From Ostreococcus lucimarinus (taxonomy: Eukaryota), in NCBI GenBank assembly GCA_000092065.1, contig CP000597.1: a stretch of 64,000 bases of DNA, one strand, 5' to 3'. Below, piece after piece: positions 47,942 through 58,340 of this stretch; positions within the stretch are counted from its first letter, which is position 1, and the number at the start of each line of letters is the position of its first letter. The notes under the pieces are model-generated. The model was not told the DNA's origin. It saw nothing but the letters and a program-made list of their open reading frames with translations, and searched no databases. The translations under genes were made by a program, and so were the position numbers.

Positions 47942-50371
47942 ATGCGCGCGGACGATCCCGACGCCGACGCGTGCCTGTCCGACGGCGCGCGCGCGCGCGT
48001 GGACGCGCGACGCGCGCTCGCGGACGCCGAGAGGGGAACCGACGCGCGACGCGCGACGCGACGGCCGCGGACGCTCGCGCGCGTCGATCGCGACGACGGG
48101 CGAGGCGCGAGGGCGAGCGAGACGATCGCGGACGTCGACGGCCGACGACGGGCGATCGAAGCGAGCGTCAGGCGGGAGTACGAGCGAGCGCTGCGACGAC
48201 GCGCGGCGCGGTGCGAGACGCTCGAGCGCGAGGGCGAGGCGCGCGAGCGAGCGACGCGCGAGCTCGAGGCGCGACGCGCGGCGGAGGCGGAGAGGTTGAG
48301 GACGGAGTTGGAGGCGCGGACGGAGGAGCTGGCGCGCGCGAGAGGAGAGGGCGAGGAGATGGCGAAGGTGAAGGCGCGGGCGGAGGCGGAGGCGGAGACG
48401 CGCGCGCGCGCCGAGGCGGAGAACGAGACGCTGCGACGGCGGTGTGAGGAGGCGTGCGCGAGCGAAAAGAGCGCGAGGGAAAGCTTGGAAGAGCGCACGC
48501 GCGAGCTCGAGCGTTTGGCGAGCGCGATGGAGGCGGTGAAGGCGGATGCGACGCGAGCGAGGACGGCGAGCGAAAAGGCGAGCGAGCGGTGCGCCGAGCA
48601 AGAGGCGCGCGTATTTCGAGCGGTGCGTGCGGCGGAGAGAATGAAGCAGCGCGTCGAGGAAGCGGAACAACGCGCCAGTCGTGCGCAACGCGCTATGGCG
48701 TCGAGCGATGAGTCCAACGCGGCGCACAGTTGCGAGCTCGTCGAGCGTGCGAAGAGAGAAATCACCGACGCGCGTCGGCGAAACGAAGATTTGGAAACTC
48801 GTCTGACGCAGACGACGAGCGAGTTGGAGGCGTTGAGAGAAAAACTCGGTCCGGACATGGAGCGTGCGCGGTTAGAGGGTGCGCAATCCTATCGCGTTCG
48901 CATCGAGGCTCTGACGACCGCGCGAGACGACCTTCAACGCGAAGTCGAGGCGAGGCAGAGCAAAATCGACGAGCTCGAACGCGCCGACGCCAAAGCGCGC
49001 GCGCGGTACGACGAACTCAGGCGTGGAGCGGAGTTTAAGATTCAGACTCTCGAGCAACGCTGCGCGAACGCCGAGCGGCGCGTGTTGGAGAAGGAGGCGA
49101 GCGTGCGCGTGGCTGCGACGGCGCGCGACGCGGCTGAGCGACGGTGCGAAGAGCACGAAAAGATTCTCGAGAAGTCGTCGTCGCAAGACGTCGTCATCAC
49201 TTCTTTGCTCGCTAAGCTCGAGCAACGCGTGTGCGAGCTGTATGCCAAAGCCGACAGCGCGGCAAAGCTCATGCAAACGCAGCGTAAAGGAGACGCGACA
49301 AAAATGGCAAAGTTGCAGGCTCGCGTTCGCGCGGCGAGACGCGCGCGAGACGCCGCGAAGACGCGAGCGTCGCGACTCGTTCGAGAAAATGAAGAGTCCT
49401 TGATGCGCATTGGAATCATGGAAGTTCAATTGAAAGATGCCGAGCGTATGATCGAGAACGCCAACCGCGAGTGGTTGGCGGAATGTAGACGTCGCGAAAC
49501 CGCGGAGAGCGTCTCGTCCCGCGCCGAGGACGAACTCGGGGAGATCAGAGCGAAGATGAACGCGCTCGAGAGCGACAGAGCGGTGGTGCAGCGCGAAAAC
49601 CAAAAGTCATACGCCATGGCGCTCGAGCAAAACGTTCACGCCGAGGAGCGCATCGCTGAATTGACGAGTCAACTGGAGGCTTTGAAGTCGGACCTTGCCG
49701 CCGCTTCGGAAGCGTTGGCGGCGGCTCAAGTGGACGTGAATGCGGCGACAACCCGCGAGCAGTCGCTTCGCTGGAAATCTCAGGAGTTGGAGTCGTCGAA
49801 CGCCAACCTTCAGCGCGCGATCGACGAGCAGCGCGCCGCAATCGACGAACGCGACGGCGTCGAAGCCACCTTGGCCAAGCGAGAGGAAGAGCTCGCCAAC
49901 GCCGAGGCGCGCTCAGCTCGACTCGACTGTGAGCTCACGGATGCGAAGATCGACGCGCGACGCGCGAAAGAGGCGATGGCAAAAATGCAAAGCGAGTTGG
50001 ACGCGCTGCGAGCCCAGAGACCGGCGTCATCGCTCTCGAGCGAGCTCGCCGTCGTCGAGGCGATTCGCCGCGACCTTGCCACCCCCGAACCCGCGAAGAC
50101 AGTTCCAGGCGCGCTCGCACTGAGCCCCGACCAAGTTCAGCCATCATCCACGACGGCGACGACGACGACGACGATCATCGTCGACGCACCGCCGGAACAG
50201 AAGGAACAGACTCGGTCGACGCAACCGTCGCCCGCGCGTCGCGCGCGACGCCGCGCCAATCCGTTCGCCGACAAGGAGAACCCCGACGCCTCTCCCAAGC
50301 TCACCGCCGTCCCTCGCCGACAACACACCAACGCCCCTCTGTCCCCGTTATCACTCCTAGGCGTGCGATAA
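47942..50371 (+). CDS. Large coiled-coil protein (myosin-tail/SMC-like heptad-rich) with a Thr/Pro-rich C-terminus.
   Basis: About 700 aa of continuous E/R/A/L/K heptad-like sequence with varied residues (...LEERTRELERLASAMEAVKADATRARTASEKASERCAEQEARVFRAVRAAERMKQRVEEAEQ...ESLMRIGIMEVQLKDAERMIENANREWLAECRRRE...). ORFs on the other strand are R/S-rich junk. Confidence 0.5.
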   Translation: MRADDPDADACLSDGARARVDARRALADAERGTDARRATRRPRTLARVDRDDGRGARASETIADVDGRRRAIEASVRREYERALRRRAARCETLEREGEARERATRELEARRAAEAERLRTELEARTEELARARGEGEEMAKVKARAEAEAETRARAEAENETLRRRCEEACASEKSARESLEERTRELERLASAMEAVKADATRARTASEKASERCAEQEARVFRAVRAAERMKQRVEEAEQRASRAQRAMASSDESNAAHSCELVERAKREITDARRRNEDLETRLTQTTSELEALREKLGPDMERARLEGAQSYRVRIEALTTARDDLQREVEARQSKIDELERADAKARARYDELRRGAEFKIQTLEQRCANAERRVLEKEASVRVAATARDAAERRCEEHEKILEKSSSQDVVITSLLAKLEQRVCELYAKADSAAKLMQTQRKGDATKMAKLQARVRAARRARDAAKTRASRLVRENEESLMRIGIMEVQLKDAERMIENANREWLAECRRRETAESVSSRAEDELGEIRAKMNALESDRAVVQRENQKSYAMALEQNVHAEERIAELTSQLEALKSDLAAASEALAAAQVDVNAATTREQSLRWKSQELESSNANLQRAIDEQRAAIDERDGVEATLAKREEELANAEARSARLDCELTDAKIDARRAKEAMAKMQSELDALRAQRPASSLSSELAVVEAIRRDLATPEPAKTVPGALALSPDQVQPSSTTATTTTTIIVDAPPEQKEQTRSTQPSPARRARRRANPFADKENPDASPKLTAVPRRQHTNAPLSPLSLLGVR

Positions 50372-50438
50372 ACATCAAATTCGTCTCTTCGCGCGTCGCC
50401 GCCGCCGCGCCCCGTCGCCTCACAACGAGTCGCTCGCC

Positions 50439-51533
50439 ATGCGCACCGACGGAGGCGTCGACGCCTCCGTCGGCGCCCTCGATCCGATGCGCGATGAGGT
50501 CACGCTTCGAACGCGCGTCGTCGCCAGCGCTTGCGCCGCGAGCGTCGCCGCCGTCGTCACCAATCCACTCGACGTCATCAAGACACAAATCCAAGCCAAC
50601 CACGCCGCGCTGGCGCGAATCAACCGCCTGAACCTCGCGCCGTACAGCGCAAAGTCGTGCCCGACGACGTGCCCGACGACCGGCAGCGCGACGTACATGT
50701 GCGCGCCCGAGTGCGCGCTGCCGACGAAGACGCTGGACGCGGCGCGAACGCTGGCGAGACGCGAGGGCGCGCGAGGGTTCTGGCGAGGCACCGGTGGGGC
50801 GCTGTTCGTCGCGCTGCCGGCGGTTGGCATATATTTGCCGTGCTACGACTACGCCCTGCGATGGTTGATCGAGAGTGGGGGCGTGGGAGAGAACGCGGCG
50901 CCGGCGCTCGCGGGGGCGGCGAGTCGAACGTTGGCGGTGTCGGCGTGCGCGCCGTTAGAGTTGGCCCGCACGCGCGTGTTAGCGACGCGTCGCGGGAGTC
51001 CGGGGGTGTATGGACAGAGCGGGGGACGGGCGTTCGTGGGAGCGCTCAGAGAGAGCGCGGGGGGAAGAGGAGGCGGGATGTTGGCGGGCGCTCGAAACGC
51101 GTGGACGGGCGTCGGGCCGACGCTGGCGAGAGACGTGCCGTACAGTGCGATGTATTGGTACGCCGTCGAGCAGTTCCGGTCGATACTCGGAGGCGACGTC
51201 GCGGGACATCGTCGAGAACGAACGACGCGAGAGTTGGCGGGGATCAATTTCGTGAGCGGGTGCGCGGCGGGCGCCGCGGTGGCGGCGCTCACGACGCCTC
51301 TGGACGTCGTGAAGACTCGCGTGCAAATACGCGATATCGCGCCAGTAGACTTTGCTTCTTCCACTGAGACCGTTCCGGGTGTATCTCGTCGTGGGATCGT
51401 GGGTGAACTCGCACACATCGCGCGCACCGGGGGAGTCGACGCGTTGTTCGCGGGGTGGGGCCCCAGAGCCGCTCGAGCGGCGCCTACGGGTGCGATCGTC
51501 CTGGTTGCGTACGAGGTCGTGAAGACGATGTGA
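50439..51533 (+). CDS. Mitochondrial carrier family protein, SLC25A39/40 (Mtm1)-like, with a Cys-rich matrix loop.
   Basis: Three carrier repeats (PLDVIKTQIQ; ...PLELARTRV; PLDVVKTRVQ). An extended loop 1 carries 4-5 cysteines (YSAKSCPTTCPTTGSATYMCAPECALP), as in SLC25A39/40 and yeast Mtm1. Confidence 0.75.
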   Translation: MRTDGGVDASVGALDPMRDEVTLRTRVVASACAASVAAVVTNPLDVIKTQIQANHAALARINRLNLAPYSAKSCPTTCPTTGSATYMCAPECALPTKTLDAARTLARREGARGFWRGTGGALFVALPAVGIYLPCYDYALRWLIESGGVGENAAPALAGAASRTLAVSACAPLELARTRVLATRRGSPGVYGQSGGRAFVGALRESAGGRGGGMLAGARNAWTGVGPTLARDVPYSAMYWYAVEQFRSILGGDVAGHRRERTTRELAGINFVSGCAAGAAVAALTTPLDVVKTRVQIRDIAPVDFASSTETVPGVSRRGIVGELAHIARTGGVDALFAGWGPRAARAAPTGAIVLVAYEVVKTM

Positions 51534-51629
51534 AAGATAGATTTAGATAGCGCGTTAACGATGAGCGACTTAGCACTAGCTAGCATTACAGAATATTATT
51601 TAGTCGATTGTTTTGACGAGAACAGCGCA

Positions 51630-53063
51630 TTAGAACCACGAAGCCTCGGCACGGGTATTTTGCCTCGTCCCGGCGAGTGTCGATCGGCAAATCACGCATT
51701 GCCCGGTCTCGAACGCCGCTTTTGTCGAATGAAGCGCCCCGCACGCTTTGCATTCGATCCCGTTCGCACTTTTCGGGATAGATTCCAGAGTCGCCGCGCA
51801 CATCTTCTTAGGATCTTCGGTTTCCGGAACGTCGTCGGTCCTTTGGCCTCGCATCTCACACTGCGCCAGCATGGCTTCCAAATTTCCCCAATTTGACGAT
51901 GATGTTATCGACATTAGCTCTTTGATCATCTCCCCCGCCACCCCGGCGTTGCCTACCTTGAAATTTTTCGCGCTGGCGAACCGAAGCGACGCCCGGCGGT
52001 GTCGATCCTCGACTCTAGGCAGTGCTACGAGGTGCCGCGTCAACCGAGCGCACTCGCTGACGTTACCTGCCAGAAACGTCGAGCAGTCGCGCAATATTTT
52101 GCACGTTGTCGCGTACGCCGCGCATCTAAGCGCGATAGGATCTCCACTGTGCACCGCATTCACGGCTCCCGCGACAAACGCGAACAGCGCCTCGCTAAGC
52201 TTGTTGGCGTCGAACAGCTCGACTCCGCGATTGAACTCGCGTTGCGGGTTGATGGTATCGGTATCGGGTAGCGAAATTTGCGCTAGTTCTTCATAGAATG
52301 CCGATGATTCCGCTCCGAACGATCCTCTTGAGACGCCCCCGCGCGGGCTCACTACTCCGGACGTCGACCCTCCGCCTATCGATCGATTCGATGTTCGTCC
52401 TTCGTGCTCGCGACCACCTCCTCTTCCATTCAGGGCGTTTAATTCACGATTTTGTAGACTGGATCGACTCGGTGGAGACGATGTATGATGTCTGTCAACC
52501 GTGACGCTATCTATTCCCGACGAATCGGCCGTCGGTGTGCCGACGATGGCGTCGAGCATATCGTAAGGATCGACCGCAAGTGGCTTCGGCCTCGGCGTCG
52601 AGCGGGTAGGCGCCGCGACCGATTTCGACGCCGTCATCGTCGTGAAAGCCTCTAAATCACGCGTTAGCTGCGACAGACCTCCACGTTTCGTCGTTTGCGC
52701 CTCGTCTGATCCATCTTTCGCTACATCAACCGCCGCAGACGTCCCCGGCGCTTCATTTTCCGGTCGATCCGTCGTCGACGTCGCGTTTGAGTCAGCGTTC
52801 ACACCCTCGACGGCGTCCACGCGCGCCGACATCCTCGCCCGCGGCGGCGGTGCGAAAGAAAACGCATCTAACGGCTTCTCGTTCGTTTTCGCGTTCGTCA
52901 TCGCGGATAACGGCTTGATTTCAATCATAATCTTCCCCGGCGCACCGCGTCCAGACGCGCCCGGCCCTTCGGTTTCGTCGTCCGAAGAATCCACCGCACC
53001 ACCCTTCTTCGCGTAAAACGACGACGCATCGAGCGACATCTCCTTATCGTCGACCGCCTCCAA
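51630..53063 (-). CDS. Hypothetical protein with an alpha-helical C-terminal half that ends in a CxxC...CxxC zinc-ribbon/RING-like motif.
   Basis: Disordered S/T/P/G-rich N-terminal half. C-terminal half ...FAFVAGAVNAVHSGDPIALRCAAYATTCKILRDCSTFLAGNVSECARLTRHL...ECKACGALHS...GQCVICRSTL. Composition is coding-like. No family recognised. Confidence 0.4.
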   Translation of the reverse strand: MEAVDDKEMSLDASSFYAKKGGAVDSSDDETEGPGASGRGAPGKIMIEIKPLSAMTNAKTNEKPLDAFSFAPPPRARMSARVDAVEGVNADSNATSTTDRPENEAPGTSAAVDVAKDGSDEAQTTKRGGLSQLTRDLEAFTTMTASKSVAAPTRSTPRPKPLAVDPYDMLDAIVGTPTADSSGIDSVTVDRHHTSSPPSRSSLQNRELNALNGRGGGREHEGRTSNRSIGGGSTSGVVSPRGGVSRGSFGAESSAFYEELAQISLPDTDTINPQREFNRGVELFDANKLSEALFAFVAGAVNAVHSGDPIALRCAAYATTCKILRDCSTFLAGNVSECARLTRHLVALPRVEDRHRRASLRFASAKNFKVGNAGVAGEMIKELMSITSSSNWGNLEAMLAQCEMRGQRTDDVPETEDPKKMCAATLESIPKSANGIECKACGALHSTKAAFETGQCVICRSTLAGTRQNTRAEASWF

Positions 53064-53580
53064 CGCCCTCGTGCCCGGACGCCGCGCGGCCTCGAGCGCT
53101 ACACCGCGTCAAACACGCGCGAGTGCGTTCCGATTGCGTTTTACACCGTCCACGAAATCAACCGCGCGCGTCGCCCTCGACGCGTCGATCGTCCGTCGCG
53201 CGTCGCCGCGCGCCCGCGCGGGATCCGTGCGCCCGCGCGCCCGCGCCTCGGGCTCGCGACGCGCCGGACGATCGCGACCCGGCGCGCGCGGAATGCCGCG
53301 GGTGCGTCCCCCCATCCTCACCTCCGTGGACCCGAGCGCGGTCGGTCGGTGTCGATCGCCATCGACCATCACCCAACCCCGTTTCGGGTTCACGACGTAA
53401 AAAACGAAACACGCGCGGGTTCGCGAAACGCAACGTGGTTCGATGACCGCGGATCGAACGTCATCGCGCGCATCGGAGATCGCGAAATCCAGTCGATCGC
53501 GAACGACCGAATCGAACCGCGCGCGTCGTCGATCGATGCGTTCGACGCGATCGATGGGACGAGGTTCGATGTGATCGCGC

Positions 53581-53603
53581 CGATCGATCGATCGATCGAT
53601 CGA
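53581..53603. repeat. (GATC)5 microsatellite.
   Basis: gatcgatcgatcgatcgatcgac is visible. It lies upstream of, or inside the 5' extension of, the JMJD6-like gene. Confidence 0.8.
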
Positions 53604-53648
53604 CGCGGCGCCGCGCGCGCGCGAATCGTCGGCACATCGCGCCGACGG

Positions 53649-55148
53649 ATGGTGCGCGCGATGGACGTCGACGTCGTCGACCGGGCGTCGCGCGAGGGCG
53701 ATGAGATCGCGAAACGCGCCTCGCTGGACGTCGAGACGGGTCGGGACGCGAAGATGGGCGACGCGGGGGCGAGTTCGCGGTCGAATTCGTCCGCCGCCAC
53801 GGAGACTATGCGAAATGTCGATCGCGAATGCGGGACGACGGCGGAGCGACGAGGGAAGTACAGGTCGAGCGAGACGCACGAGGAGCACGTGAATAAGAAG
53901 ATACACGCGGCGAAGCGGCGGACGAGGAGCGAGCTGTCGGTGCGACAGGGAGGGTGGGCGAAGCACGGGTACGCGTACGAGGACGCGGACGCGACGTCGC
54001 GGTCGTTGAAACATTTACACGCGATCGAGCGGATATCGGTGAAGACGACGACAAAGGAAGAGTTTATCGAAAGGTTCGAGAGGACACGGACGCCGTGCGT
54101 GATCACGGACGCGATGGAGGATTGGGGGTGTTATAAAAACGACGGCGGGCGGTTTTGGAGCGTAGACACGCTCGCGGAGCGGTTTCGAGAGGTCAAGTTC
54201 AAGGTGGGGACGGACGACGATGGGTACCCGGTGCGGTTGAAGATGAAGCACATTCAGCATTACGTGAACGATCCGGTGCACATGCGAGACGATAGTCCGA
54301 TGTATGCGTTCGACGGGAGCGTCTTTGACAAGCCGGAGACAAAGTCGTTATTGGAGGACTTCAAGATTCCAGATTGGTTCGAGGAGGATTTGTTCAAGCA
54401 CGTCGGGGCGAAGCGTCGACCGCCTTATCGATGGATCGTTTTTGGGCCGCCTCGGAGCGGTTCGTCCGTGCACGTTGACCCGTTGGCGACGAGCGCTTGG
54501 AATGCGTTGATTTCGGGACGCAAGCGTTGGGCGCTTTATCCGCCGCGCTCGGTGGACAAGGCGACGATCAAGCCGCGAGGAATTGGTCTGGATGGTGAAT
54601 CGGTGACCTGGTTCAACAAAATGTACCCTCGAACGACGACAGAGGAGTGGAAGCGCCAAGGATTGCCCCCACCCATTGATGTCATCCAACATCCTGGGGA
54701 AATCATGTTCGTTCCAGACGGTTGGTGGCACGCAGTGCTGAATCTCGACCACACCATGGCGGTGACGCAAAACTTTTCGACTTCCGCCCGATTCGACGCG
54801 GTGTGGCGCATCACGCGTCGAGCGCGACCGAAAATGTCTGCTAGATGGCTGGAAAAGTTGCGACGGGTTCGTCCAGATTTAGCCGAGGTGGCGGATGCGC
54901 AGCCTCGTCGAAGCGAAGTCAGCGCAGGTGAACAAACGAGTTCGACGAGCAGTTCATCCTCTGGTTCAAGCGATACCGAAGCCGAAGCCGAGGACGAGGT
55001 CATGACGAAAGAACGCGAGACCTTTGAGCGAGCCGCGGGGGGCGGCGGCGACGCCTCGACCAAACGCACGAGAACTGGAGACGGTTTGATCGCCGACCTG
55101 GCCGCGGAAAAGATGCGCGCGGCGTCGAAATCGATGGACATCAACTAA
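53649..55148 (+). CDS. JMJD6: JmjC-domain protein JMJD6 (bifunctional arginine demethylase/lysyl hydroxylase). Start is uncertain.
   Basis: Collinear with human JMJD6: ...EEFIERFERTRTPCVITDAMEDWGCYK...KFKVGTDDDGYPVRLKMKHIQHYV...RDDSPMYAFDGSVFD...LLEDFKIPDWFEEDLFKHVGAKRRPPYRWIVFGPPRSGSSVHVDPLATSAWNALISGRKRWALYPP...WFNKMYPRT...IDVIQHPGEIMFVPDGWWHAVLNLDHTMAVTQNF. Fe-binding H..D...H residues are present. Acidic/Ser-rich C-terminal tail. Confidence 0.85.
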   Translation: MVRAMDVDVVDRASREGDEIAKRASLDVETGRDAKMGDAGASSRSNSSAATETMRNVDRECGTTAERRGKYRSSETHEEHVNKKIHAAKRRTRSELSVRQGGWAKHGYAYEDADATSRSLKHLHAIERISVKTTTKEEFIERFERTRTPCVITDAMEDWGCYKNDGGRFWSVDTLAERFREVKFKVGTDDDGYPVRLKMKHIQHYVNDPVHMRDDSPMYAFDGSVFDKPETKSLLEDFKIPDWFEEDLFKHVGAKRRPPYRWIVFGPPRSGSSVHVDPLATSAWNALISGRKRWALYPPRSVDKATIKPRGIGLDGESVTWFNKMYPRTTTEEWKRQGLPPPIDVIQHPGEIMFVPDGWWHAVLNLDHTMAVTQNFSTSARFDAVWRITRRARPKMSARWLEKLRRVRPDLAEVADAQPRRSEVSAGEQTSSTSSSSSGSSDTEAEAEDEVMTKERETFERAAGGGGDASTKRTRTGDGLIADLAAEKMRAASKSMDIN

Positions 55149-55212
55149 AAATTACGATATCAGAGGCACTCATCATTAATTCATTGTACAATTGTTGTGA
55201 AACACATATAAT

Positions 55213-56322
55213 CTACACATTCAATGTCCACGCCATATCAATCTCTGTCTCGGTCAGGCGCTCCGAGTACGAGCTCCTGACGCCACTTTCGTCTAAGAAC
55301 GCCGTCAAACAAAATCCTAAATATTCCGTCGAGGGCGATCCGAGTCCTCGCGAGACAAGCTCGCGAGCGCCCCACAGCGTGGCCGGTCCGTTGACGCGAA
55401 CGCGAACGCGTCGCTCGCGCTCAGCCGAGGACGCCATCTCGGCATCCGACTGCGCGGCACCCCTCAAATCGTAATCCACGCTGATCCTCAACGCGTACCC
55501 GCTCCTCACGAACACCTCCGCGATATCTCGCATACCCTCCACCGCGAGATCGAGCCGCTCCTTCCCTCCCCTCGCCGATACCGGTGCCGGCGTGCCCTTG
55601 AAGTACGCCACGTCGAAATCCTCCCCGCGATCGAACCCTCTCCGCAAGCGTTCATAAATCTTTTTCCCACACCTCTCCGCGATCGCCTCGGGCAAGTTCG
55701 CGTTATCCATCAACGCGGGATCCCTCCGCACGACCGTCACGAGACCCTCCGCTCCCGTACGTTCCTCAAAAACCTTCGCCGCCTTTGGAATCGCTCGCGA
55801 CGCGCACGCCATCTGCACGAACGTCACAAAGTCGAAATACAGCGGATCCGTGATTTTCCCTTGCTCGATCCGCAGCGGTTCGTACAAATACTTGTACGGC
55901 TCCCACTCCGACGCTCGAAACTTCCACGACGTCGCCTGGAACTCGTCCATCGGGAGCATGTCCACGTCGTCGATCGCCTCGTACGCCGACCGCAGCAGCA
56001 GCACCGCGAACGCGCCCTCGAGCGGCTTTCGCGGGAACTTCACCGGCACCGGCGCGCTCGGCGGCGGCGCGAACGCGAAATTTCCCGCGTTTTCGCGCGT
56101 CGGCGCGTACGCGTTCGCGCGCGCGTCCCTCGCCGCGCGCCGTCGGCCGTCGTCGTCGTCGTCGTCACCGTCCCTCGTCGCGCTCTCCGCGCGCCTCGTC
56201 GTCGCGATCAGGGGCGCCAACGCCGCGTACGCGGACATGACGTCGCGACGCGTCATCGCGCGCGCCGTCACGCGCCGACGCGGCGCCACCGACGCGCGCG
56301 GCGCGACGCGCGCGCGGCACAT
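55213..56322 (-). CDS. Hypothetical protein with a twin-arginine (Tat) signal-like N-terminus, possibly bound for the thylakoid lumen. Family unassigned.
   Basis: N-terminus ...MTRRDVMSAYAALAPLIATTRRAESA (RR motif, then a hydrophobic h-region, then AxA). Mature part has balanced composition (W, Y, F, K, E). Confidence 0.45.
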   Translation of the reverse strand: MCRARVAPRASVAPRRRVTARAMTRRDVMSAYAALAPLIATTRRAESATRDGDDDDDDGRRRAARDARANAYAPTRENAGNFAFAPPPSAPVPVKFPRKPLEGAFAVLLLRSAYEAIDDVDMLPMDEFQATSWKFRASEWEPYKYLYEPLRIEQGKITDPLYFDFVTFVQMACASRAIPKAAKVFEERTGAEGLVTVVRRDPALMDNANLPEAIAERCGKKIYERLRRGFDRGEDFDVAYFKGTPAPVSARGGKERLDLAVEGMRDIAEVFVRSGYALRISVDYDLRGAAQSDAEMASSAERERRVRVRVNGPATLWGARELVSRGLGSPSTEYLGFCLTAFLDESGVRSSYSERLTETEIDMAWTLNV

Positions 56323-56333
56323 CGCGGCTCGAA

Positions 56334-58283
56334 ATGATGCGAGTCGTCGTCGCGCGCGCGCTCCGCGCGCACGCGCTCGAGCGCGCGCGCGGCGATCGCT
56401 CGACGAAGACCGTCGTCGTCGCGCGCGCGCTTCGTCGGCGGTCGAGCGCGATCGAGGCGACGCCGAGCGCGAGCGGTGGCGGCGGCGGCGGCGGTTGGGC
56501 GAGCGGATTGCGACGCGCCGCGGGCGACGAGCGCGACGACGACGACCGCGACGCGTACGAAGACGACGGTCGAGCTTCGCGCTCGCGCGCGAGCGCGCGC
56601 GAGGGGCGAACGAGCGCGGGAGGGTTCGGGGAAGGACGAGAGGAGTGGCGCGGACGCGGCGACGGGGACGACGGCGCGCGGCGACGACGGTCGCGACCGA
56701 CGGGCGATCGAGCGCGCTCGCGCGGGAGACACGATCAGAGGCACGGCGCGCAGTCGTACGGACGAGGCGGACGAAGAGACGACGCGAGGGAGGGCGCGAG
56801 AGGGCGAGATCGGGAGGCGGCGCGGGAGGACGAGGGGCCGAAGCCGGTTCGAGCGGGACATCGGAGGTTTTACGCGACGTGTCATCCGGGTTTGGAGGAC
56901 GTCGTGGCGCGAGAGTTGGCGTCGCCGATGATAAATGCGAGTGATATCGTGATCGGGAAGTCTGGGGTGTCGTTTACGGGGACGCAAAGAGTTGGGTACG
57001 ACGCGAACGTGTGGCTGCGGAGCGCGGTTCGCGTGCTCGTGGAGCTCAAGCGAGGATATTTGGATCCATACGTGAGCGGGACGCAGAGTGTGTACGAGTT
57101 CGTGAAGCACGCCGTGCCTTGGGAAGAGGTCATACCGGGAGGCGAGCGCGGAGATGGGCTGAAGTTCGGCGTGGAGACGCGCCTGTGGGACTGCTCGCAG
57201 ATTACTTCGTCGCACGCCGCGAAGATTCGCGTCAAGGACGCCGTGTGCGACGCCCTCGTGGACGCCACGGGAACGAGGCCTTCGCCGCCGGATAATTACG
57301 CCGCCGCGGATGTGCCTCTTTACGTCACCCTGTATCGCGACGAGATCATCATGTACCGCGATATGAGCGGAGAATCGCTGCACAGACGGGGATACCGCAA
57401 CGCCATGCATCGCGCGTCGCTGAGCGAAAGCGCGGCGGCGGGGATGTTAAGTTTGGCGGGATGGCCCGATATGCTCGAAGAGTGGCAACGCGACCCCGCT
57501 GGATCGCCGCCACCCGTACTCATCGATCCCATGTGCGGAAGCGGGACGTTCCTCATCGAGGGCGCGCTCATGGCGGCCAACGTCGCCCCCGGTTTGATTC
57601 GCAGCGAAACCATCGGGTACGCGTTTGAGCGATGGCCCGATCACAATCCGAGAACTTTTGAGGAGTGCTTAGAAAATGCCAGAAGAATAGGAGCAGAAAC
57701 GCGCACGGCGGTACCGACGCCGCCCGTGATCATCGGGAACGATATACATCCAGGGGCGGTGACGTTGGCGGGTCAAGGATCAGAGACGGCGCGCGTGGCG
57801 GGCATGATCGACGTCTTCAGAAACGATTGCGAGATGTTCAACATCACCGCATCGAGCGCTGGGGCGAAAATCGCCCCGAACGCACCCAAACTCGTCGTGA
57901 CGAACCCACCGTGGGGTAAACGAATCGGCGCGGGCGAACCCGCCGGTAGACGACGCGTGGGCCCTGGGGATTACGACGACGAATACGGCGACGAAGACTC
58001 GTTCGATCGCGACACGACGGTTGGTTCGAACGACATCAGCGCAGAAGAAGCGCTCGAGCAGGTGTGGAATTCATTAGGCGTATTCTTAAAGCGCGAGTGT
58101 CCCGACTCTTCGGCTTTCGTGCTCAGTGGAAACCCAGAGGTATCTCGCGCGATTCGCATGCGAGCGTCTCGTAAACACGTCGTCGGCATCGGCGGCGTCG
58201 ATTGCCGGCTGCTCCGGTACGATATTTTGCCCCCCAAACCACCCGGCTACGCCCCAAGGCAGCGATTAGAGGAGCGCGATTGA
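56334..58283 (+). CDS. THUMP-domain RNA methyltransferase (RlmL/RlmK-type N6-adenine/m2G methyltransferase, UPF0020 family) with a long R/G/D-rich N-terminal extension. Start is uncertain.
   Basis: THUMP-like region (FYATCHPGLEDVVARELA...GKSGVSFTG...). MTase motif I LIDPMCGSGTFLIEGALMA. Motif IV VVTNPPWGKRIG (NPPY-type). Confidence 0.65.
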   Translation: MMRVVVARALRAHALERARGDRSTKTVVVARALRRRSSAIEATPSASGGGGGGGWASGLRRAAGDERDDDDRDAYEDDGRASRSRASAREGRTSAGGFGEGREEWRGRGDGDDGARRRRSRPTGDRARSRGRHDQRHGAQSYGRGGRRDDAREGARGRDREAAREDEGPKPVRAGHRRFYATCHPGLEDVVARELASPMINASDIVIGKSGVSFTGTQRVGYDANVWLRSAVRVLVELKRGYLDPYVSGTQSVYEFVKHAVPWEEVIPGGERGDGLKFGVETRLWDCSQITSSHAAKIRVKDAVCDALVDATGTRPSPPDNYAAADVPLYVTLYRDEIIMYRDMSGESLHRRGYRNAMHRASLSESAAAGMLSLAGWPDMLEEWQRDPAGSPPPVLIDPMCGSGTFLIEGALMAANVAPGLIRSETIGYAFERWPDHNPRTFEECLENARRIGAETRTAVPTPPVIIGNDIHPGAVTLAGQGSETARVAGMIDVFRNDCEMFNITASSAGAKIAPNAPKLVVTNPPWGKRIGAGEPAGRRRVGPGDYDDEYGDEDSFDRDTTVGSNDISAEEALEQVWNSLGVFLKRECPDSSAFVLSGNPEVSRAIRMRASRKHVVGIGGVDCRLLRYDILPPKPPGYAPRQRLEERD

Positions 58284-58340
58284 ACGACGAGGCGCGAACG
58301 GTCGCAAGAATGTGTGATGTTGTAATATTTCAGCGAGCTT

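Noticed and set aside
47710-48858. 382-aa and 299-aa minus-strand ORFs.
   Set aside because: Antisense to the coiled-coil gene. S/A/R homopolymeric.
55850-57410. Plus-strand ORF 55850..56944 (364 aa) and minus-strand ORF 56268..57410 (380 aa).
   Set aside because: R/A-rich. Antisense to or out-of-frame with the Tat-signal protein and the THUMP-MTase genes.
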